This document shows, in pieces, positions 37,601 through 51,884 of a DNA stretch of 64,000 nt. Every line of letters starts with the position of its first letter. Position 1 is the first letter of the stretch. The stretch comes from Tubiluchus corallicola (lineage: Eukaryota > Animalia > Priapulida). The notes below the pieces were generated by a model. The model saw only the letters and a program-made list of their open reading frames with translations. It was not told the origin of the DNA and searched no databases. The stretch spans positions 806,001 to 870,000 of the forward strand of contig JAQGDQ010000010.1 in the NCBI GenBank assembly GCA_030141605.1. The letters run 5' to 3'. The position numbers were made by a program, and so were the translations under genes.

Positions 37601-40600
37601 ACAGTTTAAGTGAGAGTAAGATATGTTAGTATGCCGTACAACTCATCCCTGTCAAAAAAAATCAAAACAGTTACGTTCTAGAGCTCATATAACTTCTTTA
37701 AAAATGAAATTTGCAGGGCGTATTTGTTCTTTGCTAGCATTCTCTCTTACATCTAATGTACAGGAAAAACTTTAGAAAAAAATTTACTATTGAGTTTCCA
37801 GGTTTGATTTCCTTAGTAACTGTGACTGTAGCTGCGGAAGACACGTGATTTTACGACGTTTAAGCATAGATACCTGGCCATTCAACCTACAGGTAATGGT
37901 GATTCCTGCGTTAAAACAGGAAGCCCATAATATTACCTGCGATTGATTGAGCTAGTGGTTTCTTATATCGAAAACGCTTTAAAGAGGTTAAAATATCACG
38001 TGACGTCGCCAGTTGTCGCTATTCTGCCTGCCTGCCAAACGTCATTTTTTTTCAGATATTAGACATTGTTTCATTCGACATGTTTTTAAGTGGTCTCTCT
38101 TCGAGTTCAAAAATTTGATTTAGTTTGTTTTTCTTCAATTTTTGGGTAGAATTATGGAACGTCTATGGTGGGCTCAGGGTCGTAGGTTCAGGATGTCACT
38201 CACCGGGTCGCTAGCCCTCAGAAGACGTACCTGCCGAGAATAAAATTTCAATTTTACAGCTGTGCTCACGTACGAGCTGTCGAACATGTGCAGTACGTCA
38301 GAAACGAACACATCTGTACTAAGAGGTACAGCACCTGTTTTTTGCGCAACGCGTTCTCGAGATGCAGGCGCTAATGCCCGTCTAACTAGATAATGGCGAA
38401 ATGCACGCGACAGCGAAGAGCGGTGAAACGTGAACGCGAAATTGTGTTTGTGTGGTAATATTTCTTTCACTAAAGCATTTTGGAAAAATCGTACGTTTCC
38501 TTTCAATATTTTAAAAAGTAGATTGTTTTGACTTAGAGCTTAAGATTGGGTCTGGTTTTTTTAAAGGTGTAGCAGCAAGTGGATACTATAACGTGCACGG
38601 CAGCGGAGGCAATTACCAGTGTCTTCCCAGAAATCCTGATTGGGGTGAAGTGACCGCTGGAGCTCAGAGTAAAAATTATATGTAAGTGTTTATAAAAGTA
38701 CTTATGTCGTCTGCTATGGTTGCGTGTAAAAGTATCAGTACTTTTGTTTTATTTCAAGATCATTTTTTTATATTTTTGTGTTTTATTAATGACATTTTAT
38801 GTTTATGTCAATTGGAAAGCTGTTAAAATTTCAAAATTAAAAACTAACGAATAGGCCTAAAATCTGTACCAATACGTACATATACCGAATCAAATCAAGT
38901 CAGTAATATCAATATAAATCTATAATGAAATGCAATGATAGATTTCACTCACTCGTTTACTTGGGGTGTAAAGGGTGTGAATTTAAGGCTTCTTACTTTG
39001 TATCTACTACAGTTGTCATAACTTGTTATCCACATAGATATGGAGTCGAATTTGAGCTTCACGACAATGATCCGTTTTCTAAAGATAATTTGCCACAGGA
39101 TAAATTACAAGATCAAGACGCTACTTGTGCGGTTTGTCTAGTAAGTGCGCTCTTTACTGTATATAAAGATAACGGTTTACAGACTTATCTAAATAACAAT
39201 ATGTATATCTAACGTGTGTGTTTAACACCTATAATACCTTTAGATTTATTTCATATCTATCTGTGTAAAGAGTACAATACAGATAGTAGTTTCGGAGCAC
39301 TTCTGAGTACTACGGTATTCAATATTTTCCGAATACAGATTCGTATGAGCTATTGTCTAACCACGTCAAAGTAATTTGACGAAATGGCACTGACAGCGTT
39401 AGCATTAAGGCAGATTTGGTTTTAAATACTTCTTGCTAAGGATTATAGTGTCGGTGTTGTTGATAACTATCTAGTTCTGTTAACATTCTGATCTTTATAA
39501 GGAAGAGTCTCGCATGTGCGTGCTGATCTATTACCTATTACCACCTATCTATACGTTTGATTAAAACTACAATAACGTAATAACGCAACCAAAAACAAGT
39601 GGTATTGTTGGTAACAACATGGTACCGGTTATTGTTTACTCTTTCAGGCAGTTGCATTATTGTCAGAACATTTGCACTAGCCAGCTAGACATATACATAA
39701 AGTTACAAACTAATGAATGCTACTGCCCTCGTAAAATACCCTAAATAATTAGAGCACAATAACCAAAACTATAACCGCCTAAAACTTCAAAACGACAGTT
39801 AATGAACAAATTACGTAAATTACTTATTCTTACTTGAATGGGACCTAAACTCGGACAGCACTAAGAATTACTAAAACGGTAGCATTCAATAGTTTATATT
39901 TAATGTGAATTTATAGCTGGCTTGTGAAATTGCTTCGACAATAACGCAAGTCTGCATCCAAACGTAAGCAATAAAGAATTACCACGTAGTTATTAGCAAG
40001 AGTGTTAATTGCATTATTAAAACGCAGATTCTCCAGAAATAAATCAGTTGAGGAAAACAAGAACAAATAAAAAATACTTGCTTTAATTGTGAAGATCTGC
40101 TTAATAAAATAGCCTATAAAAATTGTATAATCAAAATTGTAATTCGTTGTCTGCATCATTGTCTCATGTTTTTGTGTATCAGTCATGTCAGCCTATCTAT
40201 TTGTGTAACTCAGTATCCGTGAAAAGTGTTAATATACACAAATTTTATTGACATGTAGGTATTTAAACGAATCCCTGCAAACAGAAGGACATTTCCTTGT
40301 ACATATTCCTTTTTTTAAAATAAAGAATTATATTAGTAAAATAATTTGAAGATCTCAGTTTAGATCTTTAGTATAATTCAGTGTTTTCAATTTCAGACTG
40401 AACAAAGAACTAGTCAAATGATGGTGCCCGGTTGGCGACATTGTCCTGATGACTGGACTGTGGAATACATTGGGTATGTGCGCAATGTATCTCAGTTCTT
40501 GATTATTTCATTTTAAAGGATAACGCTGTTGACCGGTTTTATTCTGCCAGTGTTGTTCCTGGCCAATATTCTCGTTGAGGTATGATGTACATACAGTGTT

Positions 40601-42078
40601 ATACGTGTTCAAATGTGTTTGTGGCTATAACAACTGGTTCAGTGTTTCATATTAGATAATTAATATTGCTAATCAGCAGGCTCCAAAAACGCCGAAATCA
40701 TTTAGCATTATTAACAGGAGTTAAGTACTAGACTCTGGCACACAGTATGCTGAACACTGTATAAAAATGTGCAATCGTAGGTGGCGTCGTACGTCTATAT
40801 AAATATACGTATATCTCTATCTGTGCTTCGTGGCGAATGTTAAGCCACACTGAAGCTGGTCAGCGAACAGCTGTTAATTACCTGGATTCAATACTCGTTC
40901 TGGGCTTCATTTTCCCTACTGATTCACGTTATTTACCTCGTTGACGAACGCATAAACATCAGAATGTGGCTAAGATACCAGTGTCGGTTTAGTGGCTCAT
41001 TCTTGTTGGTCTGTATTCATAAGGAGCAAAATTTCGGTCTCGTCACAAACGTCAACATAACTAGGCTCTGGCATTGATACCGGATTTCGGCTTCCAGTGC
41101 GCCGAACTGGCGCATGTAAAAATGTTTGCAGTCTTGGATGCTTGTCAGGTTTCACTGCTAAAGGTCCTAAGGACACTATTTTTCATGCTACCTTCTCTTA
41201 TAGCGCCGCTGTGTTACAGTTCTAAAACAGTTCTGATGTATACTTTTATGTGATATGGCAATTTAAACTGAGCGCCGTTGGTACTGTAGCAAATACGATC
41301 GCCCGCCATGACAATCAATGGTATGACGTCACATAAGGCAGGGGCAAAACTATTGTAAATAAAGCGAGGGTCACACATACACAGTGTCTTTCCTTATGGG
41401 ACGTCACTTCCGCTTTCTTACCCGAATTTTTTTTCACAATCTGTTCGACGCTAAATTCGAAGTATTTCAATGCTAACCAGAGTGAAACCGCAAGTTTACA
41501 AAGATATAAACTCGTTTATTTGTATCACGCTAGTCAGTAGTGTATTTTAACAGTAATTGTCTACCAAGGTGTCAGTGGACCTTTAAGAGATGTGGTGCTG
41601 ACAAGCCATTGGCATAGCAGTGTCTAATTTTTTGCTGGATTCTTGCTGTGTTTACCTGTATTGAAGGCGCAGTTCTTTTATTTTAGAATTCTGCCTACCC
41701 AACAATAGACGTAACAAGTATTTGATGGTAATGATGATGATTAACAGACGTGTATTTCTGTTTATCTCTAAGGCTTTTCGGAAGAGTTCCTACAGTCAAG
41801 ACATTTAGGGTTCTGTAAAATACATGCATTGTTTTCTCGATAAGTAATTTGGTAATGTAGACCAGCCTTTGTTTTTCAGTTACCTGATGTCAGCCCATCC
41901 CTCACACCATGGTCGTTCGTCCTATGTCTGCGTTGATGAGAAACCAGAAGGAGATGCAGCCGGATACAAGAACGACAATGGTGGACTATGGTATATCGTA
42001 GAAGCGGCTTGTGGTTCACTGCCCTGTCCTAACTACGTACAGGGTTTGGAAATTACATGCGTTGTTTGTACGAAATGA
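34633..42078 (+). CDS. Type II membrane collagenous protein with C-terminal 'short-chain collagen C4-like' Cys-rich domain, 9 exons, 400 aa
   Basis: Exons 34633-34842, 35525-35687, 35790-35890, 36072-36219, 36810-36896, 38567-38681, 39038-39140, 40397-40473, 41880-42078 (1203 nt, in frame). [22 protein letters not shown]; coiled-coil [18 protein letters not shown]; furin site RMKR; 14 Gly-X-Y triplets; C-terminal [68 protein letters not shown], the pattern of invertebrate proteins annotated 'short-chain collagen C4-like'. Confidence 0.88.
41162..41582. mobile_element. Kolobok-like MITE (TTAA-type flanks)
   Basis: Left ctaa|AGGTCCTAAGGACAC and right GTGTCAGTGGACCT|ttaa form imperfect TIRs; internal TGACGTCA-like motifs; non-coding. 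Confidence 0.5.
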
Positions 42079-43373
42079 GGCAACTATGGGAGAAATTTGG
42101 AAAAATCTGGAGAAGAGGAACTAGTGCAACTAGTGTACTAGTGTGTACTAGTTGTGAACTAGTGTGAACTAGGAACTAGAGTGTACTAGTGCAAAAATAT
42201 CATTAAATAAAATAAGTACAGTAACTTACCGTACTGTAAGATGTTCCTTTGTTATTGTAATACTAGAAAGTATGTTTTCACTTATCATGAATTTACAAAC
42301 ACAACTACTGAAGCGTTTAATATCGGATGTGATATTTTTAATTCGCACGTTGAAATCTGTAGCCTTTGAAGTCTCATGTTAGTGCAAATATATAAAATGT
42401 TGCTGCATATTCCAGTTGAAGAAGTAATTTATTTATTATTTGCGTAATCGTCCATGTAAAAACATAGATGCTGCTATGTTAAATTTGCAAAATCTAGACT
42501 CGTGAATGATAAAAGTCGCTCGTGTCTGCATCAACCAGGTTTTTGTACAAAAGTTAGAAATTATTCAGCAAGTCAAACAACGCCTACAACAGTCAGCACC
42601 TCGTCTCACTGGTTCCTAAACGCCGACAGTTTGTCGTAGTACAGACTCGCTTTTTCCTGCTTCTCACAAATTTACTTTGAACATACCTAGATGTGCAACA
42701 ACTACTTATAGCAAATCCATTTTTCCCTCGGTCTTCTTGTCTGTGGAGTTCTCTACGAGAAATTTGTTTCACCGAAAACCATAACTTCACTAAGTTAAAG
42801 AAGAACATTAAAGACACTTTCTATGACTAGAAAATTAGTTATGTAAATTCCATTTATCTAGACATACTGTACATACTGTATGTACTTACTGCACGTTACC
42901 TTGAGTAGGAAGGATCAACTTTTGTATAAAAAACTTGTTTTAGTCTCATTGAAAATTAATGGTGTCTTCTGTCCGTGCACTGTCATTAGCCATGTTACTA
43001 GTATAAACCACAGGCTCCCGAGGTCCAGGACCTAGTCTGAACTGAAAAAACTGAACTGCTGAGCAGAACAACATAAAATGTCACTGTGAAATATGCAAAA
43101 GGTAATGGATAACCTGTATCAACATTACTAATGAGTTACTTAGAACAACCTTTAGTCCACACTATAGTTAATTACTGAGTGTATTCTAAATCTATCCTAA
43201 ACAAGTAAACCGGTCATGTTGCCCTCCAGGCCATGCAAGACAGAATTCGAGAAGCGTATATTCTAGATCTAACAGGTTTATATATTGTTTGCGGTTCACC
43301 ACTCAGAGCACACTGAATACTCTCGGTGTATACCCCTATAAACTTAGAAAAGAATTTACTTGATTTTGTTATC

Positions 43374-46300
43374 ATGGAAAGTATGGAGTTGGTACTACTG
43401 ACAGCCTTGCTTCTTGGTAAGTATATCTGTTTATTATTATTATTATCATTCGATCATTCACTGTGGATATGCCTGAACTGGTGTAACTTTATCAATTTCG
43501 GATCAAAGTTATTAAATTCGGCATACAGGATAAATTTATCTTCAGCATTCAGCACCTTTTTTGCTAGAATTATAAGAATTGTTTTGTAGTCATAATTTTC
43601 ATTTTAGTTTTGATCTTGATTGATGACTTGTTTGTTCAAAACTCCTAGTGAATCACTTAGTAGCTACTCACATACATAGATTCAATAGGTACATAAAACA
43701 ATACATAGGCACAATACAATAATCAAAATACGTAATATACGACAGACACAATAGCTACACTACATATATATATATTATACGTAACAAAATTACTTCAAAT
43801 ACAGCCTCAAATACAGTGCAAACGCCTTTACTTTATTGTACTCAGTCGCCTGGAAAACATGGAAAGAGAGATTTAAAAAAAAACTTAACTAGAATTTTAA
43901 TTTTACACAGCAAAGGCACATCACTAATTCTACACCTTATCATTAAGATGATTATATTAGGTTTTTCCCTGACCGAAATTTGTCCGATTTTTATTTTACA
44001 AGACATAGAACAATTAGTTAATTGGTCATATATAAATTATGTATATATATATACACACAATATTGCAAAATAGACTGATCACGTATAACCATTGTACGTA
44101 TGACCATGGGTGTGGTAACAAAACTAGTGTGTATTAAAACATTCTGCATCATGCTTACCTTGTTTTTGCACTTCATATACCAGTAGTTTACTTGGTCCGG
44201 TTGCTTTATTGTTTTTTGGCCATTTCATAGTGGGTACTGTGAACAGTCAACTGGATTATTTCGAGCTTTTAACAACGCAACCCCAAGTGACTGACTACTA
44301 CATTAAGTACGATGCCTTGCCAATTATGTCTGCTTTGTCAGCTTGTGCCTGGTTCCGCACTACATCCAGGGCTGGGACGTTGTCAATAATATCTTACGCA
44401 ACCACAGACACTTTAAACAATGATATATGGATGGGATTAGAGGAACCTGGTTTATCTTGGTATATTGGAACTGAAAGTCAGTAAGTACTTGCTAAAGAGA
44501 TTTTCATTGTAATGCATAAAAATAACGATCTTGAAACTAAATTTGTACACTAGTGCACTGCCGGGAAATAACTAATTTCTACATTTTTACTAGAAAATTT
44601 GTCAATATTTTTAGTCGATTAGTCTGTCTATTCAGTTTGGCCAGTATGCAGGTCTGTCAGAATATTTGCCAGAAAAAAGTCTTTGAATTATCAGTTTAGT
44701 AAATAAAAATTAAGAATATTCTAGGAAAAGTAACAAGCTTCATAACAATTTTAATATAGTTAGTTAGAAAAAAATCACAAAAATACTTAAGCTTTTCCTA
44801 AATAATGGTTAATCAATATTACAAAGGTACAGAGAAAATTGCAGTATAATTTTAACTATGCAGTAAACGTTTAGTGCTCATCCGTTTATAATTACACTTT
44901 ACAATGCTGTATGTTTTATGTGCGAAATTAACAATAATAATACTGACAAGCGGCTGTGCGAACAAGCGGATGGGATTGAAATAAAAATGGTAGCTGTTAA
45001 ACTAAGATTTTTTTAAATGATAGTCTTTAATTGTCCTTTATATATACATATATGTTTTTATAAGCTAAAAGAAGTTACCAACGTGCTTGGTTTAATTAGT
45101 TTTCAGCAAAAGTTGCTGGTTTTAGTTCCATGGGTCATCACCCTCATACAACAATGTTTCTCCTCACAGTGATGACGTATAGTTGTTTGTTTTAATGTAA
45201 AAAACAGTAAACTAAAGCAGGGGACTTGTGTGACAGCGTGTTTAAGGAAGTGTTGAGTTGATGTCCTGATTATTATCCAAGCAGTTCCGCCGTCACGCAT
45301 TATACTTTGATTGGTCAAAATATAGTAAAAATTAGCACATAAGTTTGTGTAAGACAGTGTGAATAATGCTTTAGTTTTCTCCTTAATACATCAAGGAATA
45401 TGATTGCCGAAATAACAGGGAACAACACTGTGTGTCTTTTATGATTTTTGCCGGTTACTCAAGTTTATATAGATAAATAAAAAATAACAGTTAAAGCAAT
45501 GATATAAAAACAGCGGACATAACCAACTCAAACGATTCGAATTCAATTGGAAAGCTAACGTACAAAATGTAACATTTACTCAACTTAGTAATGGCTCTGT
45601 CCAGCAGTACTGTCGAAGGTGATGATTACCTTCGGTAATGGTCCTACCACATACTCATGCGCCCATCTTGCCGCATATCTTACCATGTGCCAGACCACGT
45701 ATCCTACAACATACTAGTCATTGTATTCCTGTCACGTGTTCGAGATGGCTTCCAGGACACGCCAGCAAATATTACCAGCTTCTGCGTCTTCCACGATGAC
45801 ATTGCTAGTCGTTCCTCGAGACAATATCCGCTCAACAAAGACATCCAGCAACCAAAAATGTGTACCGTGTTAATTTCAAGGAATTCTCTGTATGGAGCTG
45901 TAGTTGATGCCTTGGAGGGTATTTGCTATTTTTTCATACACTGCATAATATATTTGGTAAGAGGCTTCCGATTTGATTACCAAACTTGCCAACAGGTGTT
46001 GGGCATTTGAGCATTATTCAATAACGTGTGCATAGAATATTCACAAATTTCAATGTAATTGCAGGATAGCGCAGGTTCAAAACGATTTAATTCGTGACGG
46101 AAGATGGCATCACATGTGTGCTACGTGGAACGGTCAGACTGGAAAGTCAACCATCTACTTGAACGGCTATGAAGAGGAAGAAGGCTCTCTTAGTTTTGAT
46201 TATGTCATTGCGGTAAGCAGGAACATTGCTCGTTTAGACTAATAGGCGTCCTCGATGAGTGAGTTTAAACACGCTTAGGTAATTAGCTTTGCGTGATGCA

Positions 46301-48167
46301 AATTAATTCAACTTACATAATTCTTGGATGACACGATTTCCCAATGGCTTTATCTCAATAAAATGTGCGCAGGCTCAATTTTTTCACCTGACCACCACTT
46401 TTGTCGCAGAGCTTTATTTGCTCATCGGGAAAGCTCAATAATCTAAAAACGACACTCATTGGGGGATGTGCGGCAGGCAAGAATGACAACTTTGAGTGTC
46501 ACTCAGCCTAAGGGTTTTTTGTTCAGAGGACATATGAGCACAAACTAATTATTATCATTAAGATATTTATTAGCAATGGACAACGTTGACGCATTTTGGC
46601 GAACTACTAAACAATTAACAAAATTGAAAAATTAAATTTAAACAGACATTCAAATGTACTTAAACTCAAAAAACTATATCTTGAAAAGAAGCCTACTGCC
46701 TTACAAACATAATGTAAAAGTCATAATTTTATTTATCGGTTCTTATGAGTTCTTTATGATTTTTAGCAATCTAAAATTACTTACAGTAATATTAACTTAA
46801 GGTAAGATAATTGGGCTAAGATTCGATTTAGGAGAAGCGCAGATCGGTGATTTAAATGCATTATTTTGTCTCTTAATCATAGTTGTTTCACCATGTTTTA
46901 CAACACCTGTAATCTTATTAGCCTAATTATTGTTTTTGACTCCACTTAGAATATTAACAGAGATGCAAACAGATCCTAATTTGTGACGTATTAACATTGG
47001 TAAAGACACGCTGACAGAATGAATATTGTGATAAGTGAAGATGTACTCCTTTTTGGCTAAGCTTGAGTAATACGTAATTAACAGAATACTTTGCATTGCT
47101 GCAAGTTGGCTCTATAACCTACTTATATCTAGAACAAATTGCAATGGGTTTTTTTCTCTTCAGATTGTGCTGAAATGTGGTTTTAGGTACCCACACCAAA
47201 ATTGGGATTCCTACTATTATATATATATGCATAAGTCCAAAATGGAACCTAATGGGGCCAAAATCAGTTATATGTCCTAAACCATCGCGCCTAGATGATG
47301 TTGTATTACTGACTGATAGGAAATTGCACCAGAAGAATACAAAAATGTCGGTGTTTGTATCTGTGACGTCATGATGACGTCGCAACACTATTATGATGTA
47401 ATTAGGAACATCTCTGCTTCATTGTTGTTGAAAATGGGTCACTGGAATTGATCTTTCATTATCAGTACTTGCAATAGCATTCAAAATCAGTTACAGATTC
47501 ATATCATCAGTGTCTGCTCACCTGATGCGCATTCATTACTACATATTTTTCACCTAGGATAGATAGTGTAGGAGATATAAATGATTAGTTGGCTCGACAG
47601 ACGCCATCGTGGATTTATGTATATATCTCAAAAGTAATAAATCCTATTTTGGCCGACTTTTTGTTGAGGGTACGTGAGACCACATACTTACAGAAACTGA
47701 AAGAAAAATTTCATTACAATTTGTTCTAGGTTGTTTGTTATCCTTACCCCCATTGTTCAGTAAGAGTATAGTTCAGTATTAATATAGTATATTAATTTTG
47801 GAAAACATTATCTGTAGCACGAAAAACAACATGGTAGCTTTGCAAGATCTTACAGGCTAAAGCAAATATATCTTTTTTCAAACTTCAGGGGGGTGGAACA
47901 CTTGTGATTGGTCAAGATCAGGACGTACTAGGTGGAGAATTCGACCCGGAGCAAAGTTTTGTTGGAGCTCTTGCTGACGTTAATTTGTTTGACAAGGAGC
48001 TGAGTCCTGATGAGGTCTTTCTCCTTTCCTCAAGTTGTGATGCCAACAAAGGTACCATTTTTAAATGGAGTGACGTCAGAGGAGGTCTACGTGGCAACAT
48101 TCAAGTACTGCCATCTAGTCTACAGCCTTCTAGGTGTGAAGTCGAGTCTCGGGACCGCGGTGTTTAA
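43374..48167 (+). CDS. Secreted single-domain pentraxin (CRP/neuronal pentraxin-like), 4 exons, 239 aa
   Basis: Exons 43374-43416, 44231-44480, 46065-46212, 47889-48167 (720 nt, in frame). Signal peptide MESMELVLLTALLLVGTVNS; LSACAWFR; IISYAT; DGRWHHMCATWNG (close to the pentraxin HxCxS/TWxS signature); GGTLVIGQDQDVLGGEFDPEQSFVGALADVNLFD. Confidence 0.92.
45590..46010 (-). mobile_element. Possible highly decayed RTE-like LINE 3' remnant in a pentraxin intron
   Basis: GC-richer island with frameshifted RRRSW..GRVL-like pieces on the minus strand. Weak resemblance only. Confidence 0.25.
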
Positions 48168-49479
48168 AATTTAACTTAGCGTTTCCACACATTACAATAA
48201 TGATAGAATACTGCTTATAATTCAAGCAATTTTTTCCTAAGAAATTTAGCCTAAAATTTAAAATTACTTAACAACCGTAAAGAACCGTTGTTAGGTTCTC
48301 ATGTTTTTGTTTATAAATAATATCATTTTATCTAAGATATTTAGCTAAAATATACATACAGTATAGTGATGATAAGTGATAGTGATAATTGATAATACTC
48401 CCGCTTCGTACACATCTTTTTCTGTCGGTATTGTGGGAGCAAACTTCCGTGGTTCGAAAGGGCCATGTTTATTGAGAATAGCTGATGATACTTATTTAGC
48501 TAACATGCAGCTCAAAAGTTGCTTCAATTCTTGTACTCGACACTCGATAAAGGGACATTTTACGAGTTTATATTTATACACCAGACCTTTATAATGAATT
48601 TAATAAAGCAATTTACATTACACGCATTTATATGCTAGAATTAAAAGACCATGATTTATGGATTAATACAACAAACTGCTATTAATGTTTTGTGTATTCA
48701 GCAATATACTTTATCTAGCCTGAGTAGTGAGTAGTGTTCTGTGTTCGCTTTGCCCATGGTCTGCAAATGTGGTAAAACTGCCTATATTAGAAACGTTGTG
48801 TTCAAATGTCAGCTTCAAGCAACTTGCTGATACTCGTAACATCTTTTGATGCTTCCAGTATTTAATATTTGGTGTTCAAGTATTTTGTTCATGCCGAACG
48901 CACCATCACCGTACATCTAATATTCCCAACAAAGCAGCTAAAGTAGATGCAAAGGTACAAAAGGTGTAACGTAATTATGTTGGTGTTGGGGGCCATGCAT
49001 TAGAAGCCCAAGCACTTTCGTTCTCTTTCAGAGGAATGATGTTCGCTTTGTCAGTACATTTTCTGGAACATTCAAATTTCAGTAGAACTAGATCCTATGA
49101 TATCATTCTGTGATGAGTGGTGAATGTAGTTTGCTACTATATACTCTTATCTACGAAGACTTATAGAGATAACTTCGCGCCATAACAATATGTTAAAACG
49201 TTTTAGTAAATAATATATTTGCACAGGACCGATGTTAATATGCTCTTAAAAAATTGCAGCACATTTCGAATAGCCACACGACATGATATTCCCACCTCCA
49301 ATGTATATTGTACAACCTTCATTTGGTATAAGTGATATACGAAAACTGGTAAATTTTAAGTTTTAAATGCAAATTTCAAATTTACCGCTGTGCTCGTACA
49401 AAAGCTGTCAAACGTGTACACTACGTCGCAACTGAACATCTCTGAAGTGAGAGGTACAGCACCTGTCCTTTGTGAACGC

Positions 49480-50790
49480 GTAAAAAATTGCATCTTCAAC
49501 AACACTGCGCACACTACAAACTCGATTTTCACGTTGAATAGGTAGTCTTACATATCTACCAGTTTCAACAGCCAAAGGATGAGCACTAAATTTTGTCACG
49601 GCATTAACATGTTTTACATGGCTAAGTTTCCACTTCAAAATTCTATTTAAATAATCTATAAAAACATCATTTGCTCGTTTGAAGACTAGAGCTTAAAGTC
49701 TCTATCCATTATATAACATAATTTGCTTGCAGTCTCATTTCTGAAAGATATGCAGTATTAAAAGAACGAGGTGCTATATCACGTTTCAACAAAAAACTGT
49801 ATTAATTTGATGTAAAATACTTATGAGTGAGTCATACCATGTCAAATTCAATTTTTTTTTGTGTATAAAATGCCTCTTTAACCGTCTACGTTCAGGTAGT
49901 GATCCAATAGCTAATAACCCTTATTTGAATTTCTAAACTGACTGGATATAGGCCTAATTCCCCCAAAACAGCAGGTGTTGGTGCTTGCAATTTAACGCCC
50001 GAAATGACTTTATAATAGTTTAAACACGTTCTTTCCGAATTTTCAAACTGCCGTGTACCCCAAACTTCGCAACCATATTCCAAAATGGGCTTAATATAAA
50101 TATTAAACAAAAAGATGGCCGAATTTACATCTAAGAAACCAAAATTTTGGCTTTACTATACAAAAAATAGGGCCTTGTTTCCCTGTTGTATTAAATGGTC
50201 TACAGCACAGTTAAATATCCAATTTTGGTAAAATAAACAAACACATATTTATATTTTGAACAATGTTCTAGCCGTTTATTATGGTAATAAAAAGGCATAT
50301 TTTCTGATGTTGCAGTGTGTCCTTCTCAAAAATTAAAAATTTAGGTTTGCTGGCATTAACGGTTAATCTCCATTTTTTCAGTAAGTATTTAAGAGATTCA
50401 GTTGTGTTTGTAAACCTTCTTTAGATCGACTTAACAAAACTAAATCGTCCACATACATAAGCAAACAAATAGCTGTATAAACTAGAGTAACACAATATGC
50501 ATCACTTAACACAATCTGCATCATTATGTATTAAATGCTCTTCTAGACCGTTCAAGTACAGACAGAATAAAATTGGTGAAAGTGTACACCCTTGCAAAAC
50601 ACCTTGGTTTACTAGAAAACTCTGTGAAATCCTTATCCGTTTTTACACAGCTGTACATTTGTACATTCGGGCAATTATTCGCTATATTCTACCTTTCAAA
50701 CCAAGGTGAATAAGTTTATACAACAAACAAGTCCCATACACCGAATTAAACGCTTTCTGAAAATCTACAAAGCAAACATAACACTTATTA
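49480..50790 (-). mobile_element. Decayed non-LTR retrotransposon RT and C-terminal fragment
   Basis: Minus-strand pieces FVDFQKAFNSV, QGVLQGCTLSPILFCLYLN, MYVDDLVL, IKPILEYGCEVWG, AVLGELG, HPLAVETGRY..RENRVC; multiple frameshifts. Confidence 0.85.
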
Positions 50791-51884
50791 CGAACTAACA
50801 TTTTTGTTTTCTATTGCTTAAAAGTCCAGCAAATTTCTGTTGATGCTTTGGCTCTTGGAAATTTGTTTGGCTCTTTGAAACTTACACAACAATTTACTGT
50901 GCACAACAGAATCGAAACTTTTTAAGAATAACACCAAATTTTGTTGTCAATTAATTTGCACCGATCACTTATACACTATACAGCATTTACAAAAAAATCA
51001 TTTAAATTATAACAGCTTAATTGCAGGCAATAATCACTAAGCTAAATAATGTTACTGTGGGCGTTAATTGTGATTGCTGATTCGTACTATAGAAAGATTA
51101 TTGTTGCATGTATGTACTAAATCAATTAAGCAGGAAAAACAGTTAAAATTAAAGCCTACGACAGCAAAGCATCTAGTGTGTGGCGTCCAGCTGCCAGTGG
51201 CCAGCGTTCACTTTATAGTAAGTTAACAACAGAGAGTCCGTCGTCCAATTTCTGCATTCATTGCAGAAAAACAAAATGGACGATTTCATAATAAGTTTTG
51301 TATGTTTTCTTTTGTACGCTATTTATTTGCATAATAATTCGCAGGCCATCACTGGCTGGTTGAGAAACAAGACAGCAGGTGCTAAAAAATAGGAATAGCT
51401 TCCAGTGCAAGCTGTCAAAGTCTTTGGTTTCATAACCTACTGACAGTACAAAAATTATACGTTCTTTCTCGCTTTAAAACGCTGGGCGCTTTGGTTCAAT
51501 ATCTGTATGTATAAAGTTTGTATAGTAGCCTTAAATGCAAAGCATATTAGAAATATTGGAAGATGAATTTTAGTGGGAAGCCGATTAAGTCAGGTCAATA
51601 AATATCAAAAGTATGCTCAGGGTACAATGTAAAATAACATGTGCCATACATATCAATTAAATAATGGGCTGAGTTAAATATAAATTATTTTGGGTTGAGT
51701 AATAACAGGCTTTTGCTTTCCAATTTTTCGATATCTTTTGCTGCTATCGATATCGTTCGATACCGTACTAACCTTAATGTTATATGAGATAAAGTCTTCA
51801 TCCCTACATAAGCAAAATTATATTTAAAAAATTAGTAGTACAATAAATATAGTTTGTGAACTGTGAATCTTTTTAATAAGTAAA

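Noticed and set aside
47363-47382. Tandem CRE-like TGACGTCA sites in a pentraxin intron
   Set aside because: The same octamer recurs in repeat-like DNA (e.g. ~41324, ~58936), so a regulatory role cannot be supported from sequence alone.
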